Positions 28,136 through 38,781 of a stretch of DNA of 64,000 nucleotides are shown here, one piece after another. A program made the position numbers and the translations under genes. The number at the start of each line of letters is the position of its first letter. Position 1 is the first letter of the stretch. Location: contig JBBFKZ010000001.1 of NCBI GenBank assembly GCA_037481775.1, forward strand, positions 32,001 to 96,000, given 5' to 3'. The stretch is from Candidatus Bathyarchaeia archaeon (GTDB taxonomy: Archaea; Thermoproteota; Bathyarchaeia; Bathyarchaeales; Bathycorpusculaceae). The notes beneath the pieces are model-generated. The model saw nothing but the letters and a program-made list of their open reading frames with translations, was not told where the DNA came from and did no database searches.

Positions 28136-29097
28136 GAAACTTCGCCAAAAACCACCATGAATTCATTCACATTCAACACGGGTTTCAGAAACTTTGAAGG
28201 CGCATCAAGAGAAACCCGAGGGCAAGCAGTGTTTACGTACACATCGACCTGAGGGAACTCCATTAACGCTTCAGGCAAAATTTCCCTAATTGCAAAGAGA
28301 AAAGCCTGTTTCCCATTCCTCCTTGCAATTTCCTTGATTTTTAAAGCCTCATCGAAGCGCCTTTGCCCAACTTTCAACCCAATTAGAACCCCAAAGGTTT
28401 TTGCACGTTTCGCTTCTTCAACACAAGCCCAACGCTGTTTCAAAATTTTCTGCGCTTCTGCATTTATGGAGTAAACTCTTTTTTCATATGGATCAGCAAT
28501 TAACGTGGGTTTAGACGTGCTAAGAGCTACGCCTAACGCATGGAACCGACCGCCGCCGATAAAAAGGAAAACCTCAACATCATCAGCTATCGATTTCACA
28601 TTGCTATAATCGCAACCGCTTACTTGTCCAGGATAACTCATACGACCAGCATCTCCTACTATCACTGTTTTTCCTGCTCGAACAAGAATTTCTCTTGCGC
28701 CACCAAGCGCCTGTACATGCTGCACAGTCGTTGCCAGACCTACACGTTCATATTTGCGCAGCAACGGCAGAGATTTTTCAACGACATCATCAACAGTTAC
28801 GGTTGATCTGGCTTCCACGTACATGGTGGGCACAGGCTCATGCTTCATCAGTTTTGCGTGCCCAAAATGTATTATTAGATCTGCTCCCAGCGATTCCGCT
28901 TCAGTAGTGACTAAGTCGCATGGTCCATAGCAAGGGTCAGCGGAAATTACAGGAAGCGCGCCTGTTTCTTCAATGATTTTAGCGATACGGGGAGCTTCAG
29001 ATTTCAGTCCTTCAGGCAGCTGCAACAGAACTCGTTTGGCGCCAACTTTAGCTATTTCTTGTTTAATGCGTTCTTTCTCAAAATCAAAACCACACAT
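28096..29097 (-). CDS. dph2: Diphthamide biosynthesis enzyme Dph2
   Basis: LQLPEGL, PCYGPCD, HFGH, GQVSGC, GGGRFH and NTACPR (three Fe-S Cys). Confidence 0.94.
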   Translation of the reverse strand: MCGFDFEKERIKQEIAKVGAKRVLLQLPEGLKSEAPRIAKIIEETGALPVISADPCYGPCDLVTTEAESLGADLIIHFGHAKLMKHEPVPTMYVEARSTVTVDDVVEKSLPLLRKYERVGLATTVQHVQALGGAREILVRAGKTVIVGDAGRMSYPGQVSGCDYSNVKSIADDVEVFLFIGGGRFHALGVALSTSKPTLIADPYEKRVYSINAEAQKILKQRWACVEEAKRAKTFGVLIGLKVGQRRFDEALKIKEIARRNGKQAFLFAIREILPEALMEFPQVDVYVNTACPRVSLDAPSKFLKPVLNVNEFMVVFGEVSWENLLKKGLFEN

Positions 29098-29182
29098 ACT
29101 TATTCACCCACACATATTATCTACAACAAAAAGCAGTAGGAAAGAGAAGGCAGCGTTTAAGCGGTTATTGTTTCTAGCCGTG

Positions 29183-31612
29183 TTAAAGCGTCCATTCCCA
29201 GTCGCTTTTTGGCTTTTTAACTGGACGACCAGACGCTAGGGCAGCTTGCTCCGCTAAACGCTCAAGAATTATTTTCTGCTCTATGCTGGCAACAAGCTTC
29301 GCCGTGGCGACAACTGCGTCGTTATTAACGGATATGCTGTCGATGCCAACGCGAACGAGGAATTCAGTAAAGTCAGGCAAGTTTGACGGCCCCTCGCCGC
29401 ATATAGATACCGTGCAGCCATTTTCATGCGCAACGCGGATAAGATGTGCAATTATTCTCTTCACGGCTGGATCTCGCTCATCAAAGTAGCCCATCTGTCC
29501 TAAGCGTTCGGAGTCGCGGTCAATCATCAAAATGCCCTGTGTCATGTCATTTGATCCTATGGAAAAGCCGTCAACAAGCTTGGAGAATTCATCAGCCATT
29601 ATAGCTATGGATGGCGTTTCAGCCATAAACCACACTTTGAAGTCGCGTGACCGTTCGAGACCTTCCTCCTTCATAATGGCGAGTACTTTCTTGGCTTCCC
29701 ACAGGGTACGCACCATCGGAAGCATAACCCAGACATTCTTGAGACCCCACTCTTCGCGACACTTCCTAATGGCTTGACACTCAAGCCTGAAAGCTTTTTC
29801 GTACCATTTGCTTATGTAACGGCTACATCCTCGCCAGCCAAGCATTGGGTTCTCTTCGACGATCTCGTACTTGTCGCCTCCTTTAAGATCGCGGTACTCA
29901 TTGGTTTTGAAATCGCTAAATCTTACAACCACAGGTCTCGGCTGAATAACTCGGGCAACTTTTGCAACGCCTTCCGCGAGTTTGTCAACAAGTTTTTGGC
30001 TCTGGCCAGTTTCAACAAGATGAAGCGGATGTTCACCAACGTAGCTGGCGAATATGAATTCTGTCCGCATCAAGCCTATTCCTTGAAAGGGCAAATCTTT
30101 GTACTCTTCAATTTTTTCGGGAATCGCCAAGTTCATGTAAATCTTTGTCGCAGTTACAGGCGCCGACTCCATACGCACAGCCGTTGCCGCAGCAACTTGC
30201 GCTGCAGTAGGCTGCACTGCTTCAGGAATTATTCCATCGTAAACTACACCATTTCTCGAGTCCACAGTGTATTCTTTGCCCGTTACCATGAGTTTTGTGG
30301 CAGTCTCGGTGCCTACAATACAGGGGATGCTAAGTTCACGGCTTACAATTGCCGCGTGTGATGTGATGCCACCTTTGTCGGTGACTATGGCGCTTGCGAT
30401 TTTCATGAACGGCACAAAATCAGGGTTAGTCATATCTGTAACTAGAATGTCACCTTTGCGCATGATTTTTGCGGCATCTTCAGGAGATAAAGCGACCCTT
30501 GCTATTCCCGAGCCATAACCTCTGCGGCCAGCTGAAATTCCTTTCACAACAACTTTCAACGCTACACCATGCTTATCTTCAACATGCGCAGGTTCTTCCA
30601 TGGGTTTGGCACTCCAAACGGTTTCAGGTCGAGCTTGAACTACAAATATATTTTGTGGAAAGGATAAGTCTTTGTCAATTGCCCATTCGATGTCCATGGG
30701 CTTGCCGTAATGCTTCTCAATTTGTTTAGCGATTTCTGCAAGCCTTATAACTTCCTCATCGCTTATGCAAGGCGCCTTCTGCATTTTCTCCGGCACATCC
30801 AAATGAACCGTTTTACCTGTATCTGGATCGCGAATGTATTGAACCGTTTTGCGTGCAATTCTTCTTTCTTTAATTTTCAAGATATTCTTGTCAACAACAA
30901 ACTCATCAGGATTCACCGCGCCTGATACAACGGTTTCGCCTAGACCATAGTTACCCTCAATTACAATTTCATCCCTGTTTCCAGTTACAGGGTTTATTGT
31001 AAACATAACTCCAGCGGCTCTGGAGTTTACCATTTTTTGGACGCCAACACTTATGAGAACTTTTTCATGTGCAAATCCTTTTTCGTTACGATAAAAGATG
31101 GCGCGGGGAGTGAAAAGACTGGACCAGCACTTAACGATTTTTTCGACTAACTCATCAACGCCTCTAACATTTAGATAGGTTTCCTGTTGCCCAGCGAAAG
31201 AAGCATCTGGTAAGTCTTCAGCCGTAGCGCTTGACCTAACTGCGACAAAAACATCATGCAACTTTAGTCTGTTGTTGAGCTCTTTGTAGGCAGATTTTAT
31301 GGCGTTTTCGATTTCTTTAGGCATCTGAGAGGTTTCAATAAGGGCGCGAATTTTCTCTGATGCCACGCTGTATTGTTGAGGATCATTTGGGTCAGTTACT
31401 GTTTCTTTAATTATCTTGTAAATCATCTCGGCAATCCGCGTTTGCTTAAGAAATACCTCGTAAGCGTAAGCTGTTACCGCAAAACCAGGCGGAACTGGTA
31501 GCCCAGCATGAATCATTTCTCCGAGACTAGCGTTCTTACCGCCCACAAGAGGCACATCGGTGTTTCTAAGATTTTCAAACCAAATAATGAAGGCTTTTTT
31601 CGTTTCGCTCAA
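29183..31612 (-). CDS. ppsA: Phosphoenolpyruvate synthase
   Basis: VGGKNASLGEM, RSSATAEDLP.ASFAGQQ, GGITSHAAI, ENPMLGWRG and SIGSND. Confidence 0.96.
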   Translation of the reverse strand: MSETKKAFIIWFENLRNTDVPLVGGKNASLGEMIHAGLPVPPGFAVTAYAYEVFLKQTRIAEMIYKIIKETVTDPNDPQQYSVASEKIRALIETSQMPKEIENAIKSAYKELNNRLKLHDVFVAVRSSATAEDLPDASFAGQQETYLNVRGVDELVEKIVKCWSSLFTPRAIFYRNEKGFAHEKVLISVGVQKMVNSRAAGVMFTINPVTGNRDEIVIEGNYGLGETVVSGAVNPDEFVVDKNILKIKERRIARKTVQYIRDPDTGKTVHLDVPEKMQKAPCISDEEVIRLAEIAKQIEKHYGKPMDIEWAIDKDLSFPQNIFVVQARPETVWSAKPMEEPAHVEDKHGVALKVVVKGISAGRRGYGSGIARVALSPEDAAKIMRKGDILVTDMTNPDFVPFMKIASAIVTDKGGITSHAAIVSRELSIPCIVGTETATKLMVTGKEYTVDSRNGVVYDGIIPEAVQPTAAQVAAATAVRMESAPVTATKIYMNLAIPEKIEEYKDLPFQGIGLMRTEFIFASYVGEHPLHLVETGQSQKLVDKLAEGVAKVARVIQPRPVVVRFSDFKTNEYRDLKGGDKYEIVEENPMLGWRGCSRYISKWYEKAFRLECQAIRKCREEWGLKNVWVMLPMVRTLWEAKKVLAIMKEEGLERSRDFKVWFMAETPSIAIMADEFSKLVDGFSIGSNDMTQGILMIDRDSERLGQMGYFDERDPAVKRIIAHLIRVAHENGCTVSICGEGPSNLPDFTEFLVRVGIDSISVNNDAVVATAKLVASIEQKIILERLAEQAALASGRPVKKPKSDWEWTL

Positions 31613-32148
31613 GCCGTCCCCGTCTCCGTTTTCACCGCATCAGCGGTGCTTGAAGACGCTAATTTCTCGACTTCGATTCGGCATGGAATAGGCAATTTTG
31701 CGCTGCCACGTTTTAAGGACTCTTTAGCCGTTTCCAACGCGTTAGCCTTCACTCTAACTGTTATGATCTTCTGACCAGGTTCTACACGCGCAGCGGTGCC
31801 TATTGCTTTTCCAAAAGATTTCCGCATACCTTGCTGGAGACGATCAGCATGAGCGCCGAAAATCATTTTATTCTCTCTCAAAATAACATGAGGATACGGG
31901 TGAACCAGCATTAGATAATCATTGACCAGCTTCTCCATGAGAAGACGATTTGTTGCCACACGTGCCGCTTCCAAGGCGCTATGGCGAATTTGAGCTCGTT
32001 TCAGCGCCACAAGCCTCGCTTCAATGTCAAAGGTTCCGTTCGTATCTCCCATGGTAAATTTGGTTATTTTTGGAGGCGGAAAGCCTTTCGCAAATTCTTT
32101 TCTGGTATAAGCTTGACCTTTTACAGCCCGGTAATTTCTTGCGTGCAT
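31609..32148 (-). CDS. rpl10e: 50S ribosomal protein L10e/uL16
   Basis: QIRHSALEAAR, YPHVILRENKM and GMRKSFGK. Confidence 0.95.
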   Translation of the reverse strand: MHARNYRAVKGQAYTRKEFAKGFPPPKITKFTMGDTNGTFDIEARLVALKRAQIRHSALEAARVATNRLLMEKLVNDYLMLVHPYPHVILRENKMIFGAHADRLQQGMRKSFGKAIGTAARVEPGQKIITVRVKANALETAKESLKRGSAKLPIPCRIEVEKLASSSTADAVKTETGTA

Positions 32149-32312
32149 ATAGTTCCCTTTTTTAGCATACAGCCTTAGCGCTATTTAAACAATTTGCAAC
32201 TATATCCTCACAGTTTTTATATATTCTTCAAGTTTTTGTGTAAAATAAAATGAAGCTCTTTTAACCACGAAAGGCTCATTTACTTATATATTTAGTAACA
32301 GATTAGCCTATA

Positions 32313-33620
32313 ATGATCATGCCGCTTCAGTTGTTTATTCCGGGAAAAAATTGGTGCCTATCGCTAGCGGAACTTGCTTCTTTTCTAGAAGCAAGAAGAA
32401 GCAAATACGCTGTGCAGTCTATTTCAAAAGACTTCTTTGTGCTTAGCTTTATTGAGAAAATTGATGCTTCAACTATTGAGGATTTGGGCGGCATCATAAA
32501 AATAGGCGATTTAGCTGCAGATTTACCAACGGAAACGTTTCGAAGCGCTTTTCTTCAGAAAAACAAAACGGCTCAAGCTCAAATAGCTCAGACAATCGCA
32601 GACAGCGGCATCATTGAAAAGATTCTGGGCGCAGAGTCCAAGAAGGTTCTTTTCGGTGTAAGCGTTTACTGTGCGGAAAAGTCGCTTTGTGCTCATTCTA
32701 AGGTTATTCAGCGGTTTATCGGAAGCGCCGTAAAGCGCGAGTTAGCGGTGCATAATAGGAAATCAAAGTTTATGGGGTTCGCTAAAGATAGAAGACAGCC
32801 ACAGCTAACTCATGTTGAGGTCCTAAAGAAAAACTTGGTTGAAAACCAAGCAGAAGTGCTGCTTTGCATCGGCGAAGAGCAAACATGGATTGCCACAACA
32901 ATCGCAGTGCACAATCCCTTCGAATTTCAGAAACGTGATATAGGCAAACCAAGTCAGCGCAAAATTTTTGCCATGCCCCCTCGGCTGGCGCGGATAATGG
33001 TAAATTTAGCTTTTTGCACACCTGGAAAACTTTTGCTTGATCCCTTCTGCGGCGTGGGCACAGTTCTTCAAGAGGCGCTGTTGGCTAAGGCAAGAGTTGT
33101 TGGCATGGACGTAAACCCTTGGTGCGTGAAAGCAGCGGAAGAGAACTTAGAGTGGCTTAAGAGAGAATACAATTTGGCAGGAGCAGATTTTACGATAATG
33201 CAGGGGGATGCACGTAGTATGGCTAAGAAAATTGGATGGGAACAAGCGGACTGCATCGTAACTGAACCAGATTTAGGCCCGGCGCTGAGGCATATCCCCA
33301 CGGAACCTTACGCTTTGAAAATCATTAGGAAGCTGCAACCATTGTACTTTGATTTTATAGAAGAGGCCTATAAGGTGCTGAAGAAAGGCGGAAGATTAGT
33401 TTTAGTTACTCCGTACATTAAGACACGCGCAGGTGGAGCTGTTACGATGAACATTGAAGATAAAAGCGCGGAAACGGGCTTTCAAAGCGCGTATCCCTTA
33501 AAAAATGAACTTTTTGCTGAAAGCACATGCTTGTCAGAGGCGTTGACTGCGAAGGCGTCTTTTGTGGACGTTGAAGAGAGACATAAAATTGGCAGAGAAA
33601 TACATGTTTTCCAGAAATAA
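32313..33620 (+). CDS. Trm11-like THUMP/class I SAM-dependent tRNA methyltransferase
   Basis: MPPRLARIMVNL, LLDPFCGVGT and IVTEP. Confidence 0.75.
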   Translation: MIMPLQLFIPGKNWCLSLAELASFLEARRSKYAVQSISKDFFVLSFIEKIDASTIEDLGGIIKIGDLAADLPTETFRSAFLQKNKTAQAQIAQTIADSGIIEKILGAESKKVLFGVSVYCAEKSLCAHSKVIQRFIGSAVKRELAVHNRKSKFMGFAKDRRQPQLTHVEVLKKNLVENQAEVLLCIGEEQTWIATTIAVHNPFEFQKRDIGKPSQRKIFAMPPRLARIMVNLAFCTPGKLLLDPFCGVGTVLQEALLAKARVVGMDVNPWCVKAAEENLEWLKREYNLAGADFTIMQGDARSMAKKIGWEQADCIVTEPDLGPALRHIPTEPYALKIIRKLQPLYFDFIEEAYKVLKKGGRLVLVTPYIKTRAGGAVTMNIEDKSAETGFQSAYPLKNELFAESTCLSEALTAKASFVDVEERHKIGREIHVFQK

Positions 33621-33667
33621 CATGGCAGATGGCGAAACTTGTTCAAGTTTATTAATTTGTTTTATGA

Positions 33668-34183
33668 ATGTTTAGACGACTCAAAGAGTTGATGTGGATG
33701 ACAGGTAAATCAAGACCTGATTGGGACAGGTATTTCCTAGACCTCTGTGAAGCGGTTGCCAAGCGTGCTACATGCGACCGAGGGAAATGCGGCTGCGTCA
33801 TCGTAAAAGATAAGCGAATAATGACTACGGGATATGTAGGCGCGCCTGCGGGGTTGCCTCACTGTGATGAAGTAGGTCATGACTTGCGCAAGGTTATTGA
33901 TTACAACGGCAACATCACTCAGCATTGTGTGCGTACACTTCACGCTGAGCAAAACGCGATTATTCAAGCGGCTAGGTTTGGTATTCCTCTTGAGGGGTCA
34001 ACGCTTTACTGTAAGATGACGCCGTGCAGAACCTGCGCGATGATGATAATAAACGCGGGCATCAAGAGGGTAGTTTGCGAAAAAAGGTATCATGCAGACG
34101 CTGATTCTGTAGAGCTGTTTAAGCAAGCCGGCGTGGAACTGGTCATAATGAATAACGAAGTCGAAAAATACGACAACCAATGA
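33668..34183 (+). CDS. dCMP deaminase family protein
   Basis: RPDWDRYF, HAEQNA and PCRTC. The start is probably at 33692 or 33698. Confidence 0.92.
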   Translation: MFRRLKELMWMTGKSRPDWDRYFLDLCEAVAKRATCDRGKCGCVIVKDKRIMTTGYVGAPAGLPHCDEVGHDLRKVIDYNGNITQHCVRTLHAEQNAIIQAARFGIPLEGSTLYCKMTPCRTCAMMIINAGIKRVVCEKRYHADADSVELFKQAGVELVIMNNEVEKYDNQ

Positions 34184-34342
34184 GAGCTACATAAGCCGTG
34201 CTTTACGGTGTCACATTTTAAACGCTAATTTATTCAAAGGCAATTGTTCGTCGAACGCCTATGCTGAATTAAACTGCTAAAGTGGCAAGCATAAAATTTA
34301 GCAAACTCTTGAAAATGGAAAAAAAAGAAGAATTGGATGCGG

Positions 34343-35950
34343 TTACGCGAGAATTCGCTCTATTGCGTCTTTCTCAACTTCGTCAGCCATTGGGATCCCA
34401 GTAACTTTGGCCGCTCTTTCAGATAGGCTCATTAGATCGTTTCTGTCAAGCAATTCAAGTTTCCATTTTCGGGCACCGGCCATCAACTGTTTTAATCCTA
34501 CACCTATTCTGTCGGTTAAGTAAGTGTAGAGACCCATAGCCTCTAACGGTATCTCACTGAAACGTTTGCCATACTTCTTCTTCAACTCAGGAGTCGCTAT
34601 GAAGAACTTCTCAGGTTCAGCGCCATACTTTTCCGCAAACGGTCTTGGCAATTTGCCCTCTTTGGCCAGTTTCGCGAAGTAGCTGGATTTCATGACAGCC
34701 GTAATTGGCGCACGACCCATCAATACAGCCTTTACTAGCGGCTCTCCGCCAAAGTTGCTCAATGCTATGGCCTTGAGAATCGAAGTTTCCTCGATGAAGC
34801 CGCCAGCTATAACTAGGTCAGGAACATGGCGACCTTTCTTTTTAAGTATCTGCGCGCACTTCAGAACAAGTGCTTCTAAGTACACTGTTGGAATGCTCAT
34901 CTCGTCCATCATTGGCACTGGGCTCATGCCTGTTCCGCCGCCTGCGCCATCGAATGATAACGCGTCAATCTTGGCTTCTGAAGCAAACTTCATGGTATAC
35001 GCAACAGCTGATGGTCTGTAAGCGCCTGTCTTTAGGAAAACATGTTTTGCGCCTTGCCTTCTGAGCCATTCTATGTCTTCAATAAAGGATTTTTCTTTCG
35101 GTATGCCTACGCGGCTGTGTCTCTCGAAGGTGTTGAATACGCCTTCTTTGAAGGCTTCCTGAACTGTTGGGTCTTCAGGATCTGGAATTACAATGTAGCC
35201 TCTCTTTTTCAGCAGAATAGCCTTTTCAAGGTTTCTTATTCGCACTTCGCCGCCTATTGCTTTAGCGCCTTGACCCCATTTCCGCTCAATCACGTTGACT
35301 TCTAATTTTGATAGCGCGTAGACATCTACGCCTAGCCTTTGATCTTCCACATTTGTTTGAATCACGACGTCACCGTATTTACCGTCCCAAAACTTTCTGA
35401 AAGCATCAACGCGCCGCTTTAGCTCCTTTGAATAAGTTACTTTTCCGTTCTCAATTTTAGACTCTGGATCCATGCCGCAAACGTTCTCGCCGATGGTGAT
35501 CATAACTCCTGAAAGAGCAGCGCCAATAGCTAAACCATCCCAGTTCACCCGGGCCACATCCGTTGAACCGAAAGCGCCGGTGATTATTGGTAGCTTAAGC
35601 GGTATGCCACCAACTTTGGTTTCGGTACTTGCATTTGGGAAAATTGCAACGTCAGAGTTTTCTTCTATGCCATGAACCTCGAAAAGACTCGCTTGGATGT
35701 TGAAGTGCGACCAGTCAAGGCCGTAGTCTTTTAACGCGCCGGCGGTGCTTGTTCCGAATTGACTTGGATCTGGGTAGAGCGCTTCTCTTCCTCGAAATGC
35801 AGACAAGCTGATTTCGCACAAGACGGGGCAGTCGTGGATGCATATTGGGCACATGCCGCTGACGGTGCTGGTGTCTTTAACGCGTGTTGTTGTTCCAACG
35901 GTTGATTTGCCATTTAGGTACGAGCTGTTTTTTTGCACACGTTCGCTCAT
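34343..35950 (-). CDS. Stand-alone FMN-binding glutamate synthase family protein
   Basis: GENVCGMD, KWGQGAKAIGGE, DGAGGGTGMSP and an N-terminal Cys cluster. Start at MSERV with a GGTGG RBS. Confidence 0.88.
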   Translation of the reverse strand: MSERVQKNSSYLNGKSTVGTTTRVKDTSTVSGMCPICIHDCPVLCEISLSAFRGREALYPDPSQFGTSTAGALKDYGLDWSHFNIQASLFEVHGIEENSDVAIFPNASTETKVGGIPLKLPIITGAFGSTDVARVNWDGLAIGAALSGVMITIGENVCGMDPESKIENGKVTYSKELKRRVDAFRKFWDGKYGDVVIQTNVEDQRLGVDVYALSKLEVNVIERKWGQGAKAIGGEVRIRNLEKAILLKKRGYIVIPDPEDPTVQEAFKEGVFNTFERHSRVGIPKEKSFIEDIEWLRRQGAKHVFLKTGAYRPSAVAYTMKFASEAKIDALSFDGAGGGTGMSPVPMMDEMSIPTVYLEALVLKCAQILKKKGRHVPDLVIAGGFIEETSILKAIALSNFGGEPLVKAVLMGRAPITAVMKSSYFAKLAKEGKLPRPFAEKYGAEPEKFFIATPELKKKYGKRFSEIPLEAMGLYTYLTDRIGVGLKQLMAGARKWKLELLDRNDLMSLSERAAKVTGIPMADEVEKDAIERILA

Positions 35951-36226
35951 TTTTTTCCACCTTTTTGTTATAAACATTCAATTTTAATGGCTTGAAATGT
36001 GGAGGGCACATACAAATGTATTTTATATAAATCTATTGAACATCATCTATATGTAATAGATCGTGTTCTATTGGAAATATATGAAACACATATCAAAGGC
36101 TTATGTGGCATGTGCAAACATGCAACAAGGCAGCAAAAGCAAGTGCTCATGCGATATGCCTTCCCCGCCCAAAACAAATATAATCACTATTTACATTTAG
36201 TTACCATCGAAAGGGAGGCTTACCAA

Positions 36227-37195
36227 TTGAGTTTTGAAATGTGGGCTGAAAAATACAGGCCAAAAAGTTTAGACGAAATGGTTGATCAAAAGGAAATAGT
36301 TGAGCGCCTAAAAAGTTTTGTAAAAGCAAGAAATGTACCTCACTGCATTTTCGCTGGGCCGCCTGGAACAGGCAAAACTACGGCTGCTTTATGTTTGGCC
36401 CGTGACCTTTATGGGGAAGGCTACCGTGAGCACCTTATGGAACTAAACGCAAGCGACGAGAGAGGCATCGACGTGGTCAGAGAAACAGTGAAGACCTTTG
36501 CAAGATCTCGCTCCATAGGCGAAATACCATTTAAAATCCTAATCCTAGATGAAGCAGACAACATGACTTCTGACGCCCAACAAGCGCTACGGCGAACTAT
36601 GGAAAGATACACCGAAACATGCCGCTTCATCTTATGCGCAAATTACAGCGGCAAAATAATTGAGCCAATCCAGTCCAGATGCGCACCCTTCAGGTTCACT
36701 TTTCTACCACGTGAAGAACATGACAAGTACATAAAGCAGATTGCTGAACGTGAAAACGTCCAATTATTACCCGATGGCGTCGACGCAATTTTCGAAGTCT
36801 GCGGCGGCGACCTAAGAAGAGCGATAAACACGCTACAGGCTGCTGCTTCAGTGAACAAACCCGTGGACGCCAAACTGGTCTACTCGATAACTGGCAGAGC
36901 CAGCCCAGCAGACATACAAAAAATGTTAATCACAGCTATTAAAGGTGACTTCTTAGGCGCCAGAAAACAGCTACGCGACATGATTCAAAAATATGGCATA
37001 GCAGGAAGCGACATAATCCGGCAGATCCACACTGAAATTTTCAAGGCAGCAGAGATACCAGAACCATGGAAAATAAAACTTGCAGGCATAGTAGGCGAAA
37101 TAGATTATCGCTTGGTAGAAGGTTCAGATGAAGAAGTTCAATTAAGCGCTCTCTTGGCGCGGCTAGTTGAAGCAGGGTATGAAATGAAAAAGTAG
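36227..37195 (+). CDS. rfcS: Replication factor C small subunit
   Basis: WAEKYRP, GPPGTGKT, ELNASDERG, LDEAD and SRC. No intein. TTG start after GGGAGG. Confidence 0.96.
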   Translation: MSFEMWAEKYRPKSLDEMVDQKEIVERLKSFVKARNVPHCIFAGPPGTGKTTAALCLARDLYGEGYREHLMELNASDERGIDVVRETVKTFARSRSIGEIPFKILILDEADNMTSDAQQALRRTMERYTETCRFILCANYSGKIIEPIQSRCAPFRFTFLPREEHDKYIKQIAERENVQLLPDGVDAIFEVCGGDLRRAINTLQAAASVNKPVDAKLVYSITGRASPADIQKMLITAIKGDFLGARKQLRDMIQKYGIAGSDIIRQIHTEIFKAAEIPEPWKIKLAGIVGEIDYRLVEGSDEEVQLSALLARLVEAGYEMKK

Positions 37196-37211
37196 AAAAG
37201 GGCGCTGAGTT

Positions 37212-38447
37212 TTGTACGCTGCATGGACAGTTAAGCATAAACCAACATCCGTTGCGGAAATAGTTGGAAACCCAGAAGCCATCAAAACCTTCAGCGAATG
37301 GATAAAATCCTGGAGCAGGGGCGTGCCAAAAAAAAGGGCAGCGTTCCTTTATGGACCGCCTGGTGTTGGTAAAACAGTTACTGTTGAAGCTTTAGCCAAA
37401 GACTTGGGCATGGAGCTTGTGGAGAAAAACGCAAGCGACTACAGAACAGAAGAGGCCATAAACCGCTTCGCAGGACTCGCATCGCAATATGGCTCACTGT
37501 TCGGTGCAAAAAGGATAATATTGCTTGATGAGCTGGATGGGTTAACAGGAAACGCAGACAAAGGCGGAGTCAAAGCTATCACGGAAATCATCAAAACTGC
37601 TCAATGCCCAATAGTTTTAATCGCCAACAATGCTTATGATCCACGGTTCACAAACTTGCGCAGCTACTGCCTTCTAATAGAATTCAAGAAGCCCTCTGCA
37701 AGCGAAGTGGCAAAGCATTTGAAGCGCATAAGTGAACGCGAAGGCATACAAGTTGACGAGAACGCGTTGAAATTTATAGCACAACGCTCAGAAGGCGATG
37801 TACGCTCAGCAATAAACGACTTCCAAGCTTTGGCGCAAGGTAAAAAGCGCTTAACTTACGAGGATGTTTCATGGCTTGGCTACCGAGATAGACGAGACAG
37901 CATTTTCAACGTGCTCAGAATGATAATTTATGGCAGAACATGCGCAGGCGCAAAGCAGGCGGTTGACATGGCCGACGTTGACATTGACATGCTTTTCGAA
38001 TGGATTTATGAGAATGCCCCTGAACATTTAACTGATCCACATGACTTGGCAGAGGCCATGGACGCGCTTTCAATAGCAGATGTCTATCGTGGCAGAATCC
38101 GCACAACACAAGACTGGAGCTTCACCCGCTACGTGATTGACTACATGACAGCTGGTGTAGCCATGGCGCGGCAGCGTTCTAAAAGTTCAGGCTGGACACC
38201 CTTCAAGTTTCCAAGCCGCATCCAAATGCTGTCACGATCCAAAGCAGAACGCGCCATCCAGCTTAGCATAGGATCAAAAATCAAGCGTAAATGCCACATT
38301 TCCGCTTTTAGAGCCACAAAGGAAATTTTGCCCTACTTAAGGGTCATTTTCAAAAACAACGCAGATATGGCCAACAGAATCGCAAAATGGCTGGACCTAG
38401 ACGAAGAAATTGTTGAGTATCTAGCAGGAAATAAAGAAAAAAGTTAA
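37212..38447 (+). CDS. rfcL: Replication factor C large subunit
   Basis: WTVKHKP, GPPGVGKT, NASDYR and LDELDG. Confidence 0.95.
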   Translation: MYAAWTVKHKPTSVAEIVGNPEAIKTFSEWIKSWSRGVPKKRAAFLYGPPGVGKTVTVEALAKDLGMELVEKNASDYRTEEAINRFAGLASQYGSLFGAKRIILLDELDGLTGNADKGGVKAITEIIKTAQCPIVLIANNAYDPRFTNLRSYCLLIEFKKPSASEVAKHLKRISEREGIQVDENALKFIAQRSEGDVRSAINDFQALAQGKKRLTYEDVSWLGYRDRRDSIFNVLRMIIYGRTCAGAKQAVDMADVDIDMLFEWIYENAPEHLTDPHDLAEAMDALSIADVYRGRIRTTQDWSFTRYVIDYMTAGVAMARQRSKSSGWTPFKFPSRIQMLSRSKAERAIQLSIGSKIKRKCHISAFRATKEILPYLRVIFKNNADMANRIAKWLDLDEEIVEYLAGNKEKS

Positions 38448-38587
38448 CACATGTTTTACATCTTTAGATTAAACTTTCAAAGCTCAAAGAAATTCATCTA
38501 ATTATGACACTTTCTCAGAAAAGGTTCCCAGTTATTTAGTGCGAAACTGATTATAAGTAAGAAATAAAATATGAAACTTATAAATGG

Positions 38588-38728
38588 TCAAAGATGGAAA
38601 AGAGTGTCGACGAGATCTGGCTCAAAGATGTTGCTCCAAATCCAAAGGGCACCGAAGACAGCAAGCGTTATTATACTTAATATCCATATGCCCGCGGCAA
38701 TTTTTTTACGTGCGTTCATTTTCGGCAT
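38588..38728 (-). CDS. 46-aa single-TM small protein or gene remnant
   Basis: Manual translation: MPKMNARKKIAAGIWILSIITLAVFGALWIWSNIFEPDLVDTLFHL. Confidence 0.4.
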   Translation of the reverse strand: MPKMNARKKIAAGIWILSIITLAVFGALWIWSNIFEPDLVDTLFHL

Positions 38729-38781
38729 GCTTTAACCAGCCAAATTATTCAGGATAACTTAAGCTACATCACCTTTAAGTG

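Noticed and set aside
35999-36226. Long N-terminal extensions of RfcS (also Hsp20, RpoP, DUF99 and the MTase) in the ORF track
   Set aside because: Most have downstream starts with clear SD motifs that match normal family lengths. The extensions are artefacts of longest-ORF calling.
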